Positions 15,650-24,202 of a DNA stretch of 39,737 bases are shown one piece after another. How positions within the stretch are numbered: the first letter of the stretch is position 1; each line of letters starts with the position of its first letter. The translations under genes and the position numbers were made by a program. The DNA is from a virus (taxonomy: Duplodnaviria; Caudoviricetes). Location: positions 1 to 39,737 of IMG/VR virus record IMGVR_UViG_3300033475_000076; one strand, given 5' to 3'. A model generated the notes under the pieces. The model was not told where the DNA came from. It saw only the letters and a program-made list of their open reading frames with translations, and made no database searches.

Positions 15650-16417
15650 ATGGCGAAGTACACCTCTGACGCGAGCGGTGGCGAGCTGGTCAAGAGCCAG
15701 CATTTCGACGCACCTGACGACGCACCCGCCTACATCCGCGACGCTGCCGCAGACATCGGGATCCACGAGTGGGTCAAGAATGGCGCGGCCAAGCGATCCA
15801 ACCCCGTTGTGGAAGAGTGGATCGCAGTCACCACGGGCAAGCGTCAAGACGCGACGAACACGCCATGGTGCGCGTACTACGTCAACGCGAAGCTCGAGAA
15901 AGCCAAGATCAAGTCGACGAAGAACGGCATGGCGCGCGCCTACCTGAACTGGGGCGAGGCCGTCGAAGATGACGACTGGCAAGTCGGCGACATCTGCGTC
16001 TTCCAGCGCGGCGAGTACGATGACCACGTACTTGGCCACGTGACGTTCCTCGTCGCATGGGACGAGAACACAGTCACCTGCCTCGGCGGCAATCAACATG
16101 ACATGGTCTGCATCGAGCAGTATCCGCGTAGGCGGCTGCTAGGCGTTCGCAGGTATCGCTCAGTGTGGAAGTCCAAAACGATCGTGTCCGCGGCGGGTAG
16201 CGCTGCGACCGAAGGCGTGGCGAAGCCTGCAGCGCAGTTCGCGCTCCCCGAGCCCGATAAGGTCGGCGATGCTGTGGAGTCAGTGCGTGGGCCGCTCGAG
16301 GCGCTCTCGCACGCCAAGCCGTGGATCATCGGCATCCTCACTGCGCTGTCGATCGGCCTCGCGCTCTATGCGTGCTACTGGCGGTTCCGCGACCACAACT
16401 CCGGCAAGAACACATGA
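15650..16417 (+). CDS. TIGR02594-family endolysin candidate (NlpC/P60- or CHAP-like) with C-terminal TM
   Basis: TPWCAYYVN, ARAYLNWG, GDICVFQRG, GHVTF, LGGNQ; GGAGAG RBS. Confidence 0.85.
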   Translation: MAKYTSDASGGELVKSQHFDAPDDAPAYIRDAAADIGIHEWVKNGAAKRSNPVVEEWIAVTTGKRQDATNTPWCAYYVNAKLEKAKIKSTKNGMARAYLNWGEAVEDDDWQVGDICVFQRGEYDDHVLGHVTFLVAWDENTVTCLGGNQHDMVCIEQYPRRRLLGVRRYRSVWKSKTIVSAAGSAATEGVAKPAAQFALPEPDKVGDAVESVRGPLEALSHAKPWIIGILTALSIGLALYACYWRFRDHNSGKNT

Positions 16418-16539
16418 ACACGCTCCGCGTCATCATCCCCGCTGGCGCCGTAATGAAGGCCGAGGATATCGTCGCGCTGATTGAGCGCATTCTCGAGTCG
16501 ACAAAGGCTGGCGACAAGATCGAGGTCTCGACCAAGTGA
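16414..16539 (+). CDS. hypothetical protein
   Basis: ATGA/GTGA overlaps on both sides. Confidence 0.55.
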   Translation: MNTLRVIIPAGAVMKAEDIVALIERILESTKAGDKIEVSTK

Positions 16540-16736
16540 TCGACAATAACACTCAATGGACGCTGTGGTGCATCGGCTGGACGCTAATCACGATTGCAGC
16601 GTATCGCTATGGCGGTGAGGTCGCAGGCCTTGCAGCGCTCGGCGCAGGCTTCCTGCGCGCATCCGGCGTGCCGGGCGACTCGCCGTTCTCGACCCTTGTC
16701 GGTGCTATCCTCTCCTTCGTGAAGGTCAAGCCATGA
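16536..16736 (+). CDS. small membrane protein, possible holin
   Basis: 2-3 hydrophobic segments, within the lysis cluster. Confidence 0.5.
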   Translation: MIDNNTQWTLWCIGWTLITIAAYRYGGEVAGLAALGAGFLRASGVPGDSPFSTLVGAILSFVKVKP

Positions 16737-17098
16737 TCCCGATCCCGTTGACATGGGCGCTCGCTGCGGCTCTGTTTACTTTCGTCGGTGGTACGCTCAC
16801 AGGCGGAGTTGGCGTCTACAAGCTGTGGTCCTACTCGACGATGCGCGCGACGATCACCAAGCTGCAGACTGACAATCGACGGTTCCGACAAGCCCTCGAC
16901 TTAGGTGGGCAGATCGACACGGACGACACGCAAACGGAGCTCACCAATGATCAGATCGCTGAGGCACTCACCAAGAAGACTCCACCCGCCACGGTTAAAG
17001 TTCTGTGGCAGCGTTTCAAGACGACGTGTCCCGAGCCTGAGTCTGATCCTGTTGTCATCGATGCTGACGGCATGCGCCTCATCGGTACCCTCCGTTAG
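16733..17098 (+). CDS. i-spanin (Rz-like)
   Basis: N-terminal TM followed by a helical domain; overlaps a lipoprotein gene. Confidence 0.65.
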   Translation: MIPIPLTWALAAALFTFVGGTLTGGVGVYKLWSYSTMRATITKLQTDNRRFRQALDLGGQIDTDDTQTELTNDQIAEALTKKTPPATVKVLWQRFKTTCPEPESDPVVIDADGMRLIGTLR

Positions 17099-17306
17099 CA
17101 ACTGGAACACGGTGACGCTGCCGCCTCAGCCATCTGCAGTAGCTCAAGGAGGACGAGTTACACCATGGCCCAAGGAAGCACTCACAAAGTCCAACACTCA
17201 GCCTCTGCTCACAAAGGTTCGGCGAAACGAACTCAAGCAGGCGCGAGCGGTCAACGCATGCAAGGCGTACCACGCCAAGCTGCAGAGTCTGTACGGGGGC
17301 AAGTGA
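16947..17306 (+). CDS. o-spanin lipoprotein (Rz1-like)
   Basis: lipobox LILLSSMLTAC, Pro-rich mature part, overlaps the Rz-like gene in another frame; start uncertain. Confidence 0.65.
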   Translation: MIRSLRHSPRRLHPPRLKFCGSVSRRRVPSLSLILLSSMLTACASSVPSVSNWNTVTLPPQPSAVAQGGRVTPWPKEALTKSNTQPLLTKVRRNELKQARAVNACKAYHAKLQSLYGGK

Positions 17307-17587
17307 TGGCTAAGCAGCATCAACAGCACGAGAGGAACGGCGGCCAGCTTATGGCTGTGATCGGCCTAGGGATCACGCTGCTTCTCAATGCCGTGACTGT
17401 GGGCTATGTGTACGGCGGCGTGTCGACTCGACTGCAGGAAGCGGAGTCGAAACTCTCGAAATTTGAGAGAAAAGTTGACGACATGGCATCGCTAGCCACA
17501 GACATGGCAGTGGTGAAAACTCAGCTTGGGGCAATAAATACAACGCTAACCACGTTGTCGACCAAGCTAGATGCGCGCTCGAAGTAG
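17306..17587 (+). CDS. single-TM coiled-coil protein (holin/antiholin-like)
   Basis: TGATG overlap; TM followed by heptad repeats. Confidence 0.6.
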   Translation: MAKQHQQHERNGGQLMAVIGLGITLLLNAVTVGYVYGGVSTRLQEAESKLSKFERKVDDMASLATDMAVVKTQLGAINTTLTTLSTKLDARSK

Positions 17588-17589
17588 CC

Positions 17590-17631
17590 AGAGTTCCGGC
17601 GATTGACGGTACCATAGTTGCGGCGTATGGC
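17590..17631 (+). promoter_or_regulatory. putative late promoter (head operon)
   Basis: AGAGTTCCGGCGA-TTGACG-N17-TATGGC; 16/18 identical to the 15585 motif. Confidence 0.6.
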
Positions 17632-17672
17632 GAAGTGATGGTTCCAGTTTCTCCAGCGGAGACTTCGCCAAC

Positions 17673-18164
17673 ATGCGCCAGAACGCCACCGTTATCGGAC
17701 CCGTGGTCCCTGTCCTCGACACCAGCGCCTATGCTTCGGGTGATGTCCTGTGGACCACTCCGGTTGTCATTCCCAACGCTTGCCGCATCAAGGGCGGCGT
17801 TGCGCTGCTCAAGTCCCTCTACATTGTCGACTTCGACGACCAGGGCGTCGCCTTCGACTTGTTCTTCCAGAACGCTGCGTCCTCGCTCGGCACCGTCAAC
17901 GGCGCCCCCAACATCTCCGACGCCAACGCTCTCGCGTCGATCGTCGGCCGCGTGCCGATCGCTACCACTGACTATGTGGACCTCGGCGGTGTTCGCATCG
18001 CTCGCCCGACCAACGCTGTGTGCGAGAGCATGATGCAGGCTCTGACCTCATCTCGCGACCTCTACATCTCGGCGGTCAATGGCGCGGGCACACCGACCTT
18101 CACTGCCGCGGGTCTGAAGTTCTTCTTCGGCTTCGAGCAGTATCCGTTCGGCTACGCAGGCTAA
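17673..18164 (+). CDS. putative virion protein (beta-rich)
   Basis: strong codon bias, GGAGA RBS, first gene of the head operon. Confidence 0.7.
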   Translation: MRQNATVIGPVVPVLDTSAYASGDVLWTTPVVIPNACRIKGGVALLKSLYIVDFDDQGVAFDLFFQNAASSLGTVNGAPNISDANALASIVGRVPIATTDYVDLGGVRIARPTNAVCESMMQALTSSRDLYISAVNGAGTPTFTAAGLKFFFGFEQYPFGYAG

Positions 18165-18175
18165 CGACCACGGCA

Positions 18176-19279
18176 ATGTGTAAAGCGGATTGCAATTGTC
18201 AGCGACAGGTGACGCCGGCCCTCCGGCTTCATCTGTCGTCGAGTGACATCAAGCCGGTCCGCTACCAGAAGCGAGACCACGTTGTCGTGCCAGTCGTTCT
18301 GGCCAAGTCCGACGTGGTCATGAACGATCATCTCTTCCCACGTGAGGAGTACTTCCCGCTCGCGTGGAATGGTGTACCTGTAACGGTCCAGCATCCCAGC
18401 AAGGACGGCCAGCATATCAGCGCCAATGATCCGAATACTCTCGAAGAGTGGTCAATCGGTCGGATCTTCAATGTGCGTGATGATAACGGCAGCCTTGTTG
18501 GCGAAGCTTGGATCGATGTTGCGCTCGCCAATGAGCTTGCGCCCGGCCTGATCGATGCGATCCGCAAGGGCGAAGCAATTGACGTGAGCACGGGATACTT
18601 CGCGGACTTCGAGGCAGCACCGGGTGAGATCAACGGAAAGACCTACTCGGGCATTCATCGCAACATCCGCCCCGACCACCTCGCGTTCCTGCCAGGTGCC
18701 GAGGGCGCGTGCAATTGGACGGATGGCTGTGGCATCAGGAGCAACCTGCGGATGAAGATCAATGAGAAGTTTATGGCCGGTCTCAAAGCGATGACCGATG
18801 CCGTAGAGCAACTCAAGGCGCTGGTGGGGAACATCGTCGCCGAAGAGAAGAGTGAACCCGAGTTGAAGCTGAACGAGGAGCCCACCTTGAAGAAGGAAGA
18901 GATCGAGGCGATGGTCCGCGAGACCGTTGCTGCGACGGTCAAGGGTGCGATGGCCGAGGTGGTCGCCGCGCTCAAGACCAACGCACCTGCCCTGTCCGCC
19001 GAGGACCAGGCAGCTATCGCCGCCGCCAAGGGCATCGTCGCCCAGAAGCGTGCGAAGCTCATCGCTGACGTGTGCGCACAGTCGAAGATGACCAAGGAGC
19101 AGGCCGAGGCAATGCCCGACGCTACGCTCGAGGTCTTCCTCGCCTCGCTGCCGCCCGTCGCCGCACCGACCTACATGGGCCGTCCGGCCCCCATCGCCTC
19201 CAACGCCGATGATCCGGCGGCCAAGGAGATGGCCTCGTTCGGTGTGCTGGCGCACTTCCGTAAGAAGGAGGCTGCATAA
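18176..19279 (+). CDS. prohead protease (DUF2213) with scaffold-like C-terminus
   Basis: WNGVPVTVQHP, DVSTGY, PDHLAFLP..GAC...GCG; helical Ala-rich tail. Confidence 0.88.
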   Translation: MCKADCNCQRQVTPALRLHLSSSDIKPVRYQKRDHVVVPVVLAKSDVVMNDHLFPREEYFPLAWNGVPVTVQHPSKDGQHISANDPNTLEEWSIGRIFNVRDDNGSLVGEAWIDVALANELAPGLIDAIRKGEAIDVSTGYFADFEAAPGEINGKTYSGIHRNIRPDHLAFLPGAEGACNWTDGCGIRSNLRMKINEKFMAGLKAMTDAVEQLKALVGNIVAEEKSEPELKLNEEPTLKKEEIEAMVRETVAATVKGAMAEVVAALKTNAPALSAEDQAAIAAAKGIVAQKRAKLIADVCAQSKMTKEQAEAMPDATLEVFLASLPPVAAPTYMGRPAPIASNADDPAAKEMASFGVLAHFRKKEAA

Positions 19280-19281
19280 CC

Positions 19282-19752
19282 ATGGCGTCCAACACTGCAC
19301 CCAAGACCATCTTGCTGTCCGGTAACCCGGGCTGCTATGAAGGCGTCGCCAACGCGGCCATCCGCCCTGGCGACCTCATCGAGGTCATGACCACTGGCAA
19401 GCTGCGCAAGCACGCTACCGCCGCTGGCGTCGCCTCGGCACTGTTCGCCCGCGAGGAGGAGTACGTCGGCGGGGACATCGATACCGACTACGCTGCCAAC
19501 GATCAGGTCGCGTACTGGAGCGCCAAGAAGGGCGACCGGTTCTACGCCTGGTTGAAGAACGGCGAGAACGCTGCGCTCGGTGCGTTCCTCGAGTCGGGCG
19601 GCAACGGCTCCCTGCAGGTGACCACTCACGGAACAGGCAGCGCGACCACAGCCGCTGCATGGCCCGTCGCCCGCGCCCTCGAAGCTGTGGACAACAGCGG
19701 CGGCGGCACTGGCCCGAACTCCACCGCGCGCATCAAGGTGGAGGTGCTGTAA
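19282..19752 (+). CDS. head decoration/cement protein
   Basis: between protease and MCP; AAIRPG, LESGGNGSL, ALEAVDNS pattern. Confidence 0.75.
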   Translation: MASNTAPKTILLSGNPGCYEGVANAAIRPGDLIEVMTTGKLRKHATAAGVASALFAREEEYVGGDIDTDYAANDQVAYWSAKKGDRFYAWLKNGENAALGAFLESGGNGSLQVTTHGTGSATTAAAWPVARALEAVDNSGGGTGPNSTARIKVEVL

Positions 19753-19753
19753 C

Positions 19754-20776
19754 ATGCAGTTTCAGGAGATCGCCAACCCGGCCCGTGTGCTCATGGGCCA
19801 AATGAGCGTTCACGCTATGCGGCCGTATATCGACCGCGATGGCGTGACCAAGATCGTCGGCAATGACGGCCGCGGGATCCAGACCAACGCGGTCGGCCTG
19901 CTGCAGTACGACGAGTGGAAGGACCTCGACCGTCGCGTGATCGAGATCGCCACCCAGCGTCTCGTCGCTGTCGGTGACCTGATCAGCCGCGGCCTGACGC
20001 ACAACCTCGGCAGCATCGGTCAGACCATCTCTCAGTGGGAGCGCTCGTCCGACATGACCGGCGCCAACATTGACATGACGGCCGAAGCTCAGGGCGAAGA
20101 GGACACGCCCGCCTACGACTACAAGGCGGTGCCGGTGCCGATCGTCCACAAGGACTTCCGCATCAACCTGCGCCGTCTCGCCGCATCTCGCCTCGTCGGC
20201 GAAGGTGTGGACGTGCTGGCGTCGGACATCGCGGCTCGCGTCGTCGCTGAGAAGAGCGAAGACATGCTGCTGTCGGGCTCGGCTATCCAGGTGGATGGAA
20301 ACACCATCTACGGATATACGAACCACCCCGATCGCAACACGGTCACTCTCGCCTTGGCGTGGGACAACGCTGCGATCACCGGCCCTGACATCCTCGCCGA
20401 CGTTCAGGCGATGATCACGGCCGCCAAGGCTGATCGGTACTACGGGCCTTACACGCTCTACGTGCCGCAGGCCTACGAGCAGATCCTCGACAACGACTAC
20501 AACCCCGGCACTGCCGACACGCGCACCATCAAGACGCGCCTGTTGCAGCTGTCGGAGTTGACGGACATCAAGGTGGTCGATCGCCTCGCAGCGAACAACG
20601 TCCTCCTCATCCAGATGCAGCGTGAAGTCGTTGATTGGGCGATTGCACAGGACGTCTCCACCGTGCAGTGGCAAGTCAACGGCACCATGCAGGAGCGCTT
20701 CAAGGTGATGGCCGTGTGGGCGCCGCGAGTCAAGTCTGACTTCGACGGCCACTCCGGCATCGTTCACCTGTCCTGA
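19754..20776 (+). CDS. major capsid protein (HK97 fold, encapsulin/Linocin-M18-like family)
   Basis: PVPIVHKDFRINLRRL, YGYTNHP, YYGPYTLY; position; followed by a terminator. Confidence 0.9.
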   Translation: MQFQEIANPARVLMGQMSVHAMRPYIDRDGVTKIVGNDGRGIQTNAVGLLQYDEWKDLDRRVIEIATQRLVAVGDLISRGLTHNLGSIGQTISQWERSSDMTGANIDMTAEAQGEEDTPAYDYKAVPVPIVHKDFRINLRRLAASRLVGEGVDVLASDIAARVVAEKSEDMLLSGSAIQVDGNTIYGYTNHPDRNTVTLALAWDNAAITGPDILADVQAMITAAKADRYYGPYTLYVPQAYEQILDNDYNPGTADTRTIKTRLLQLSELTDIKVVDRLAANNVLLIQMQREVVDWAIAQDVSTVQWQVNGTMQERFKVMAVWAPRVKSDFDGHSGIVHLS

Positions 20777-20804
20777 ACGGTCACGCGTAGACCCGTAACA
20801 GTAA

Positions 20805-20840
20805 GGGCGGGGATGTCATTACGACGTCTCCGCCTTTTTC
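20805..20840 (+). terminator. intrinsic terminator after MCP
   Basis: GGGCGGGGATGTC-attac-GACGTCTCCGCCT followed by TTTT. Confidence 0.8.
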
Positions 20841-20862
20841 CTAACCCCAACAGGAAAAGACA

Positions 20863-21357
20863 ATGAACCTCAAGGCACACCCTCACGACTACCTCGCTCA
20901 ACATCAAGGCGAGCAGATCAAGCGTTATCGCATCATGCGTCCAGGCGCCAAGCACATCAGGCGCGAGCGCGATCAGGCAACTAACCAGTTCGTGCCCGTG
21001 ATCTACGGCTGCCCGACCCCGAGCGACGACCTGACTCTGCGCATCCGCAACCACATCCTCCTGACAGCGAAGGACGCTGAGAAGCTCAAGCATATGCAGC
21101 TGGTCGAAGCGCCGCTCCAGGAAGCGCCGCTGGAGATCAAGACCGAGGCTGCGGTCGCCGTAGACCCCGCCGCTGCTGTGGTCGATGTGAAGACCGAGAC
21201 GGGCGTCACGATCCCAGCCGATTGGCGCTCGCAGCCCCCGGCATTCAAGAAGCGACTCGCAACGCAGCTGGTCGGCAGCCCCGTGCGCCGTGCGGCTGAG
21301 GCGGAGAAGATCATCGAGGAGATGGCCGGTGGCACTCAGCACCCCGTCAGTAGCTGA
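20863..21357 (+). CDS. hypothetical protein
   Basis: AGGA RBS; between MCP and the head-tail adaptor. Confidence 0.7.
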   Translation: MNLKAHPHDYLAQHQGEQIKRYRIMRPGAKHIRRERDQATNQFVPVIYGCPTPSDDLTLRIRNHILLTAKDAEKLKHMQLVEAPLQEAPLEIKTEAAVAVDPAAAVVDVKTETGVTIPADWRSQPPAFKKRLATQLVGSPVRRAAEAEKIIEEMAGGTQHPVSS

Positions 21358-21715
21358 CGTTCGACTGATCATTGACACCCCCGTCAGTGACGCAGTCATC
21401 ACAGCGACGATCGCCGACGCCGCCCTGATCGTTGGGCGGTGCTCGGCTGTCGCGAACTACGGGACTGATGTGCAGCAGGCCATAATCAAGTACGTGACGG
21501 CTCACCTACTGTCCATTCGCTCGGGCGCGGCACCCGGCCCGCTCACCAGCAAGAGCTTGGGCGACGCTTCCGAGTCATACGGCGGCGGCGCAACGTCAGG
21601 CACTCAGCTTGCGGCGAGCGCGTATGGCCAGCAGGCTATCCTCCTCGACCCGACAGGGTGTCTCGCTACGCTCGGCAAGACGAAGGCGTTCGCAATCAAC
21701 GTAGGAAGTTTCTGA
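21329..21715 (+). CDS. head-tail adaptor
   Basis: YVTAHLL, SKSLGDASESY, SAYGQQAILLDPTGCL; GTG start after GAGGAG. Confidence 0.8.
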   Translation: MALSTPSVADVRLIIDTPVSDAVITATIADAALIVGRCSAVANYGTDVQQAIIKYVTAHLLSIRSGAAPGPLTSKSLGDASESYGGGATSGTQLAASAYGQQAILLDPTGCLATLGKTKAFAINVGSF

Positions 21716-21716
21716 C

Positions 21717-22067
21717 GTGACGACGTTCGCCACAGCCATGATGAACCAGACAGCGACCTATTGGGCGCCAGGGCTGGACGACGGCTATGGCGGACTCGAC
21801 TTCACGTCGGTAGTGCCGCAGACGATTGCGTGTCGCTGGCAGGATGTCTCTCAACTGTTTCGTGATCGCGAAGGGCGTGAGGTTATGAGTAGCGCGATCG
21901 TGTATCCGGAGCAAGTGCTCGCCATCGGCGGGTTCCTGTTCCTAGGAGATGCAGGGGTGGCGGTGGGCGCTGATCCTCGAGAGCTCTCAGGAGCCTACGA
22001 GATCCGCCAGATTGGGGCATCGCCATCCCTGCTAGCTGATGAAACTCTCTACAAGGTGTGGTTGTGA
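21717..22067 (+). CDS. head closure/stopper protein
   Basis: NQTATYW..DDGYG, CRWQD, G.EVMSSAIVY. Confidence 0.78.
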   Translation: MTTFATAMMNQTATYWAPGLDDGYGGLDFTSVVPQTIACRWQDVSQLFRDREGREVMSSAIVYPEQVLAIGGFLFLGDAGVAVGADPRELSGAYEIRQIGASPSLLADETLYKVWL

Positions 22068-22462
22068 GCACGACAGTCGAAGGCACTGAAGAGCTAATCC
22101 GCAATCTCAACTCGCAGATTGCGCGCCTGCCTGCAGTTACTGTGGCGGGCCTGATGGCTGGTGCCTTGATCTTCGAGCGCGAGTCCAAGAAGCGTGTGCC
22201 TGTCGAGAAAGGCATCCTGCGCGCGAGCGGCTACTCGCGTCGTGCGCCCGATCTTCCTGTGGCTGCCGAAGTCGGGTTCTCCGCGAGCTATGCAGCGGCG
22301 GTGCACGATGCTCCCGGCAAGCTACGCGGTCAACCTCGTCGCAGCGGGATTGGTGTGTACTGGGGCCCAAGGGGTGAGCCGCAGTTCCTTGCGAACACGA
22401 TCCGCGACAATGCAGGCCGCGCATTGAATGCTGTGGCTCGAGTCTCGCAGGTGCGCAAATGA
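22064..22462 (+). CDS. neck protein, HK97 gp10-like
   Basis: VPVEKGILRAS, VGFSASYAAAVH, PQFL. Confidence 0.8.
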   Translation: MSTTVEGTEELIRNLNSQIARLPAVTVAGLMAGALIFERESKKRVPVEKGILRASGYSRRAPDLPVAAEVGFSASYAAAVHDAPGKLRGQPRRSGIGVYWGPRGEPQFLANTIRDNAGRALNAVARVSQVRK

Positions 22463-22851
22463 ACTCGTGCGCTGACGATATCGCGAACTACTTGCAGACG
22501 AGGGGCATCGGCTCGCGTCGCGGCAAGACAGGCTGGGTCATCTCAGTCGGGCAAGAGCCCAAGGATCCAGTAACCGCAATCACGGTTTTAGATACTGGCG
22601 GCGGTGCGCCCGATACGTGCGAGCAGGACATCTTCTATCCGACGTTCCTCGTACGCGTACGCGCTGGCAAGTATGCGGAAGGCTACAGCAAGTGCAATGA
22701 GATCATGCGGATGTTGACTAGAGCTTCCGCGCTGACTCTCGGTGGATCAACGTATGCGTTTGTGCAGGCGGAGACCGATGTCGAGTCGCTCGGCAAGAAC
22801 GACACGGACAAGGAGATCTTCGCTTGTGTGTTCAGGGCCATGAGGAGCTAA
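22459..22851 (+). CDS. tail terminator / minor capsid-type protein
   Basis: ITVLDTGGG.P, YPTFLVRVR; position before the tube gene. Confidence 0.78.
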   Translation: MNSCADDIANYLQTRGIGSRRGKTGWVISVGQEPKDPVTAITVLDTGGGAPDTCEQDIFYPTFLVRVRAGKYAEGYSKCNEIMRMLTRASALTLGGSTYAFVQAETDVESLGKNDTDKEIFACVFRAMRS

Positions 22852-22855
22852 GAGA

Positions 22856-23242
22856 ATGGCAGCTTTCGTAGGACGTAACATCGCCTTCACTTGGAACGGC
22901 AACTCGATCGCGGGAGTGCGCAGCAAAGCCCTCTCCCTGAACGGAGCGCCGATCAACGTCACCTCCGGCGAAGATGCGGGCAAGCGTCAGCTGCTCACTG
23001 TCTCCGCCGAGGACGAGGTGAACATCACCATCCAGGGCGTGTCGAAGGACCGTTACCTGCAAGACGACTGGTTCGCGGGCAATCGCACGCGCACTGGCGT
23101 GATGACGTTCCCGGATGGGACGATCATCTCGGGCTCGTTCTTCCTTGCGAGCTTCGCACCCACGGGCACCTACAACGATGCTACCACGTTCCAGGCAGAG
23201 CTACAGCTGACCGGGAACTGGAGCTACACGCCCGGGAGCTAA
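22856..23242 (+). CDS. tail tube protein
   Basis: MAAFVGR, IAGVRSK, INVTS.ED.G.R.LL, G.YNDATTF. Confidence 0.85.
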   Translation: MAAFVGRNIAFTWNGNSIAGVRSKALSLNGAPINVTSGEDAGKRQLLTVSAEDEVNITIQGVSKDRYLQDDWFAGNRTRTGVMTFPDGTIISGSFFLASFAPTGTYNDATTFQAELQLTGNWSYTPGS

Positions 23243-23248
23243 TGACCC

Positions 23249-23695
23249 ATGACCGTCTTTGACCCAATCGAGCTGGTCTGGGAAGGCAAGACGCTTGTTA
23301 TCCCTCAGGAGCAAGTGTTCGAAGTCGGCATCCGTGTGGAAGAGGTTCTGACGATGGTCGAGCTGGCCTCGTACGCTTCCTCCGGGCGGGTGCCGATGTT
23401 CCGCCTAGCTCGCGCGTGGAGCGTTATCCTTCGCCACGCTGGCATTCGTGTCAGCGAGGAGGAGGTCTTCGTCAAGATGCTGAAAGGCAAACAGACAGAG
23501 CAAGTCGCTCTCAACGTGCGGATCTTGCTCGCCGCGCTCATGCCGAGCGAGGAAGTGCTAGCGGAGAACAAGTCGGGAAACGTGTCAAGGGGCGAGGTCA
23601 AATCGTCAAAGAAGTCTTCAAGGCCGCGATCAAGAACGAATGGGTCGCGTCGCCCGCTGACTTCTGGCGCCTCCGCCCCTTCGAGCTCTGGCTGA
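23249..23695 (+). CDS. tail assembly chaperone (G-like)
   Basis: after the tube gene; contains the slippery G GGA AAC. Confidence 0.75.
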   Translation: MTVFDPIELVWEGKTLVIPQEQVFEVGIRVEEVLTMVELASYASSGRVPMFRLARAWSVILRHAGIRVSEEEVFVKMLKGKQTEQVALNVRILLAALMPSEEVLAENKSGNVSRGEVKSSKKSSRPRSRTNGSRRPLTSGASAPSSSG

Positions 23696-23787
23696 TCATG
23701 TCGGCCCATCGGCCGGCGAAGATGTACGGATCAATGAGTGAGAGTGAAGTAGAAGAGATCTACGAAGAGGCTTACGGACATGGCTGA
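23575..23787 (+). CDS. -1 frameshift extension of the tail chaperone (GT-like)
   Basis: GGGAAAC at 23575-23581; the -1 frame encodes ..SPADFWRLRPFELW.., a chaperone-type motif. Confidence 0.75.
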   Translation, partial: GKRVKGRGQIVKEVFKAAIKNEWVASPADFWRLRPFELWLIMSAHRPAKMYGSMSESEVEEIYEEAYGHG

Positions 23788-24193
23788 CCTGTCAATCACC
23801 TCAACCGCAGTTCTTCCCGGTACCGATGCAGTAATCGAGCGTGGCCTTGCGAACGCTGCGGCGTCTGCAGGTGACCTCGCCTACTACGACTCGGCGACCG
23901 GTCAGTATGGCAAGCACGACGCGGACAGCGTTACTGCCGCTATTCGGACACTCCGCGGGATGTTCGTCGACTCGCCCGGCGCGGCAGGAGCCGCGTGCTG
24001 TGTGCAGACCAAGGGCGACGTGACCGTTGGTGCTGTGCTCACGCAGGGCAAGATCTACATCGGCAGCGCGACCGCGGGCAAGGTTGCTCCTGTGGCGGAT
24101 CAGGCGTCAGGCATGTATGCGAACATCATCGGCATTGCGAAGACTGCTTCCGTGCTGACGATCAACGTCGTGAACGGTCCTGCCGCTCAGTAA
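23780..24193 (+). CDS. putative virion protein
   Basis: MADLSIT..., Gly/Ala/beta-rich, decoration-like. Confidence 0.7.
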   Translation: MADLSITSTAVLPGTDAVIERGLANAAASAGDLAYYDSATGQYGKHDADSVTAAIRTLRGMFVDSPGAAGAACCVQTKGDVTVGAVLTQGKIYIGSATAGKVAPVADQASGMYANIIGIAKTASVLTINVVNGPAAQ

Positions 24194-24202
24194 TGGTGAC
24201 GA

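Noticed and set aside
19733-20767. 344-aa minus-strand ORF, and similar ones at 18452-19300, 24959-25816 and 30983-31759
   Set aside because: Antisense shadows of strongly biased structural genes
19754-20776. Encapsulin nanocompartment
   Set aside because: The context (terminase, portal, protease, tail) shows it is the phage major capsid protein
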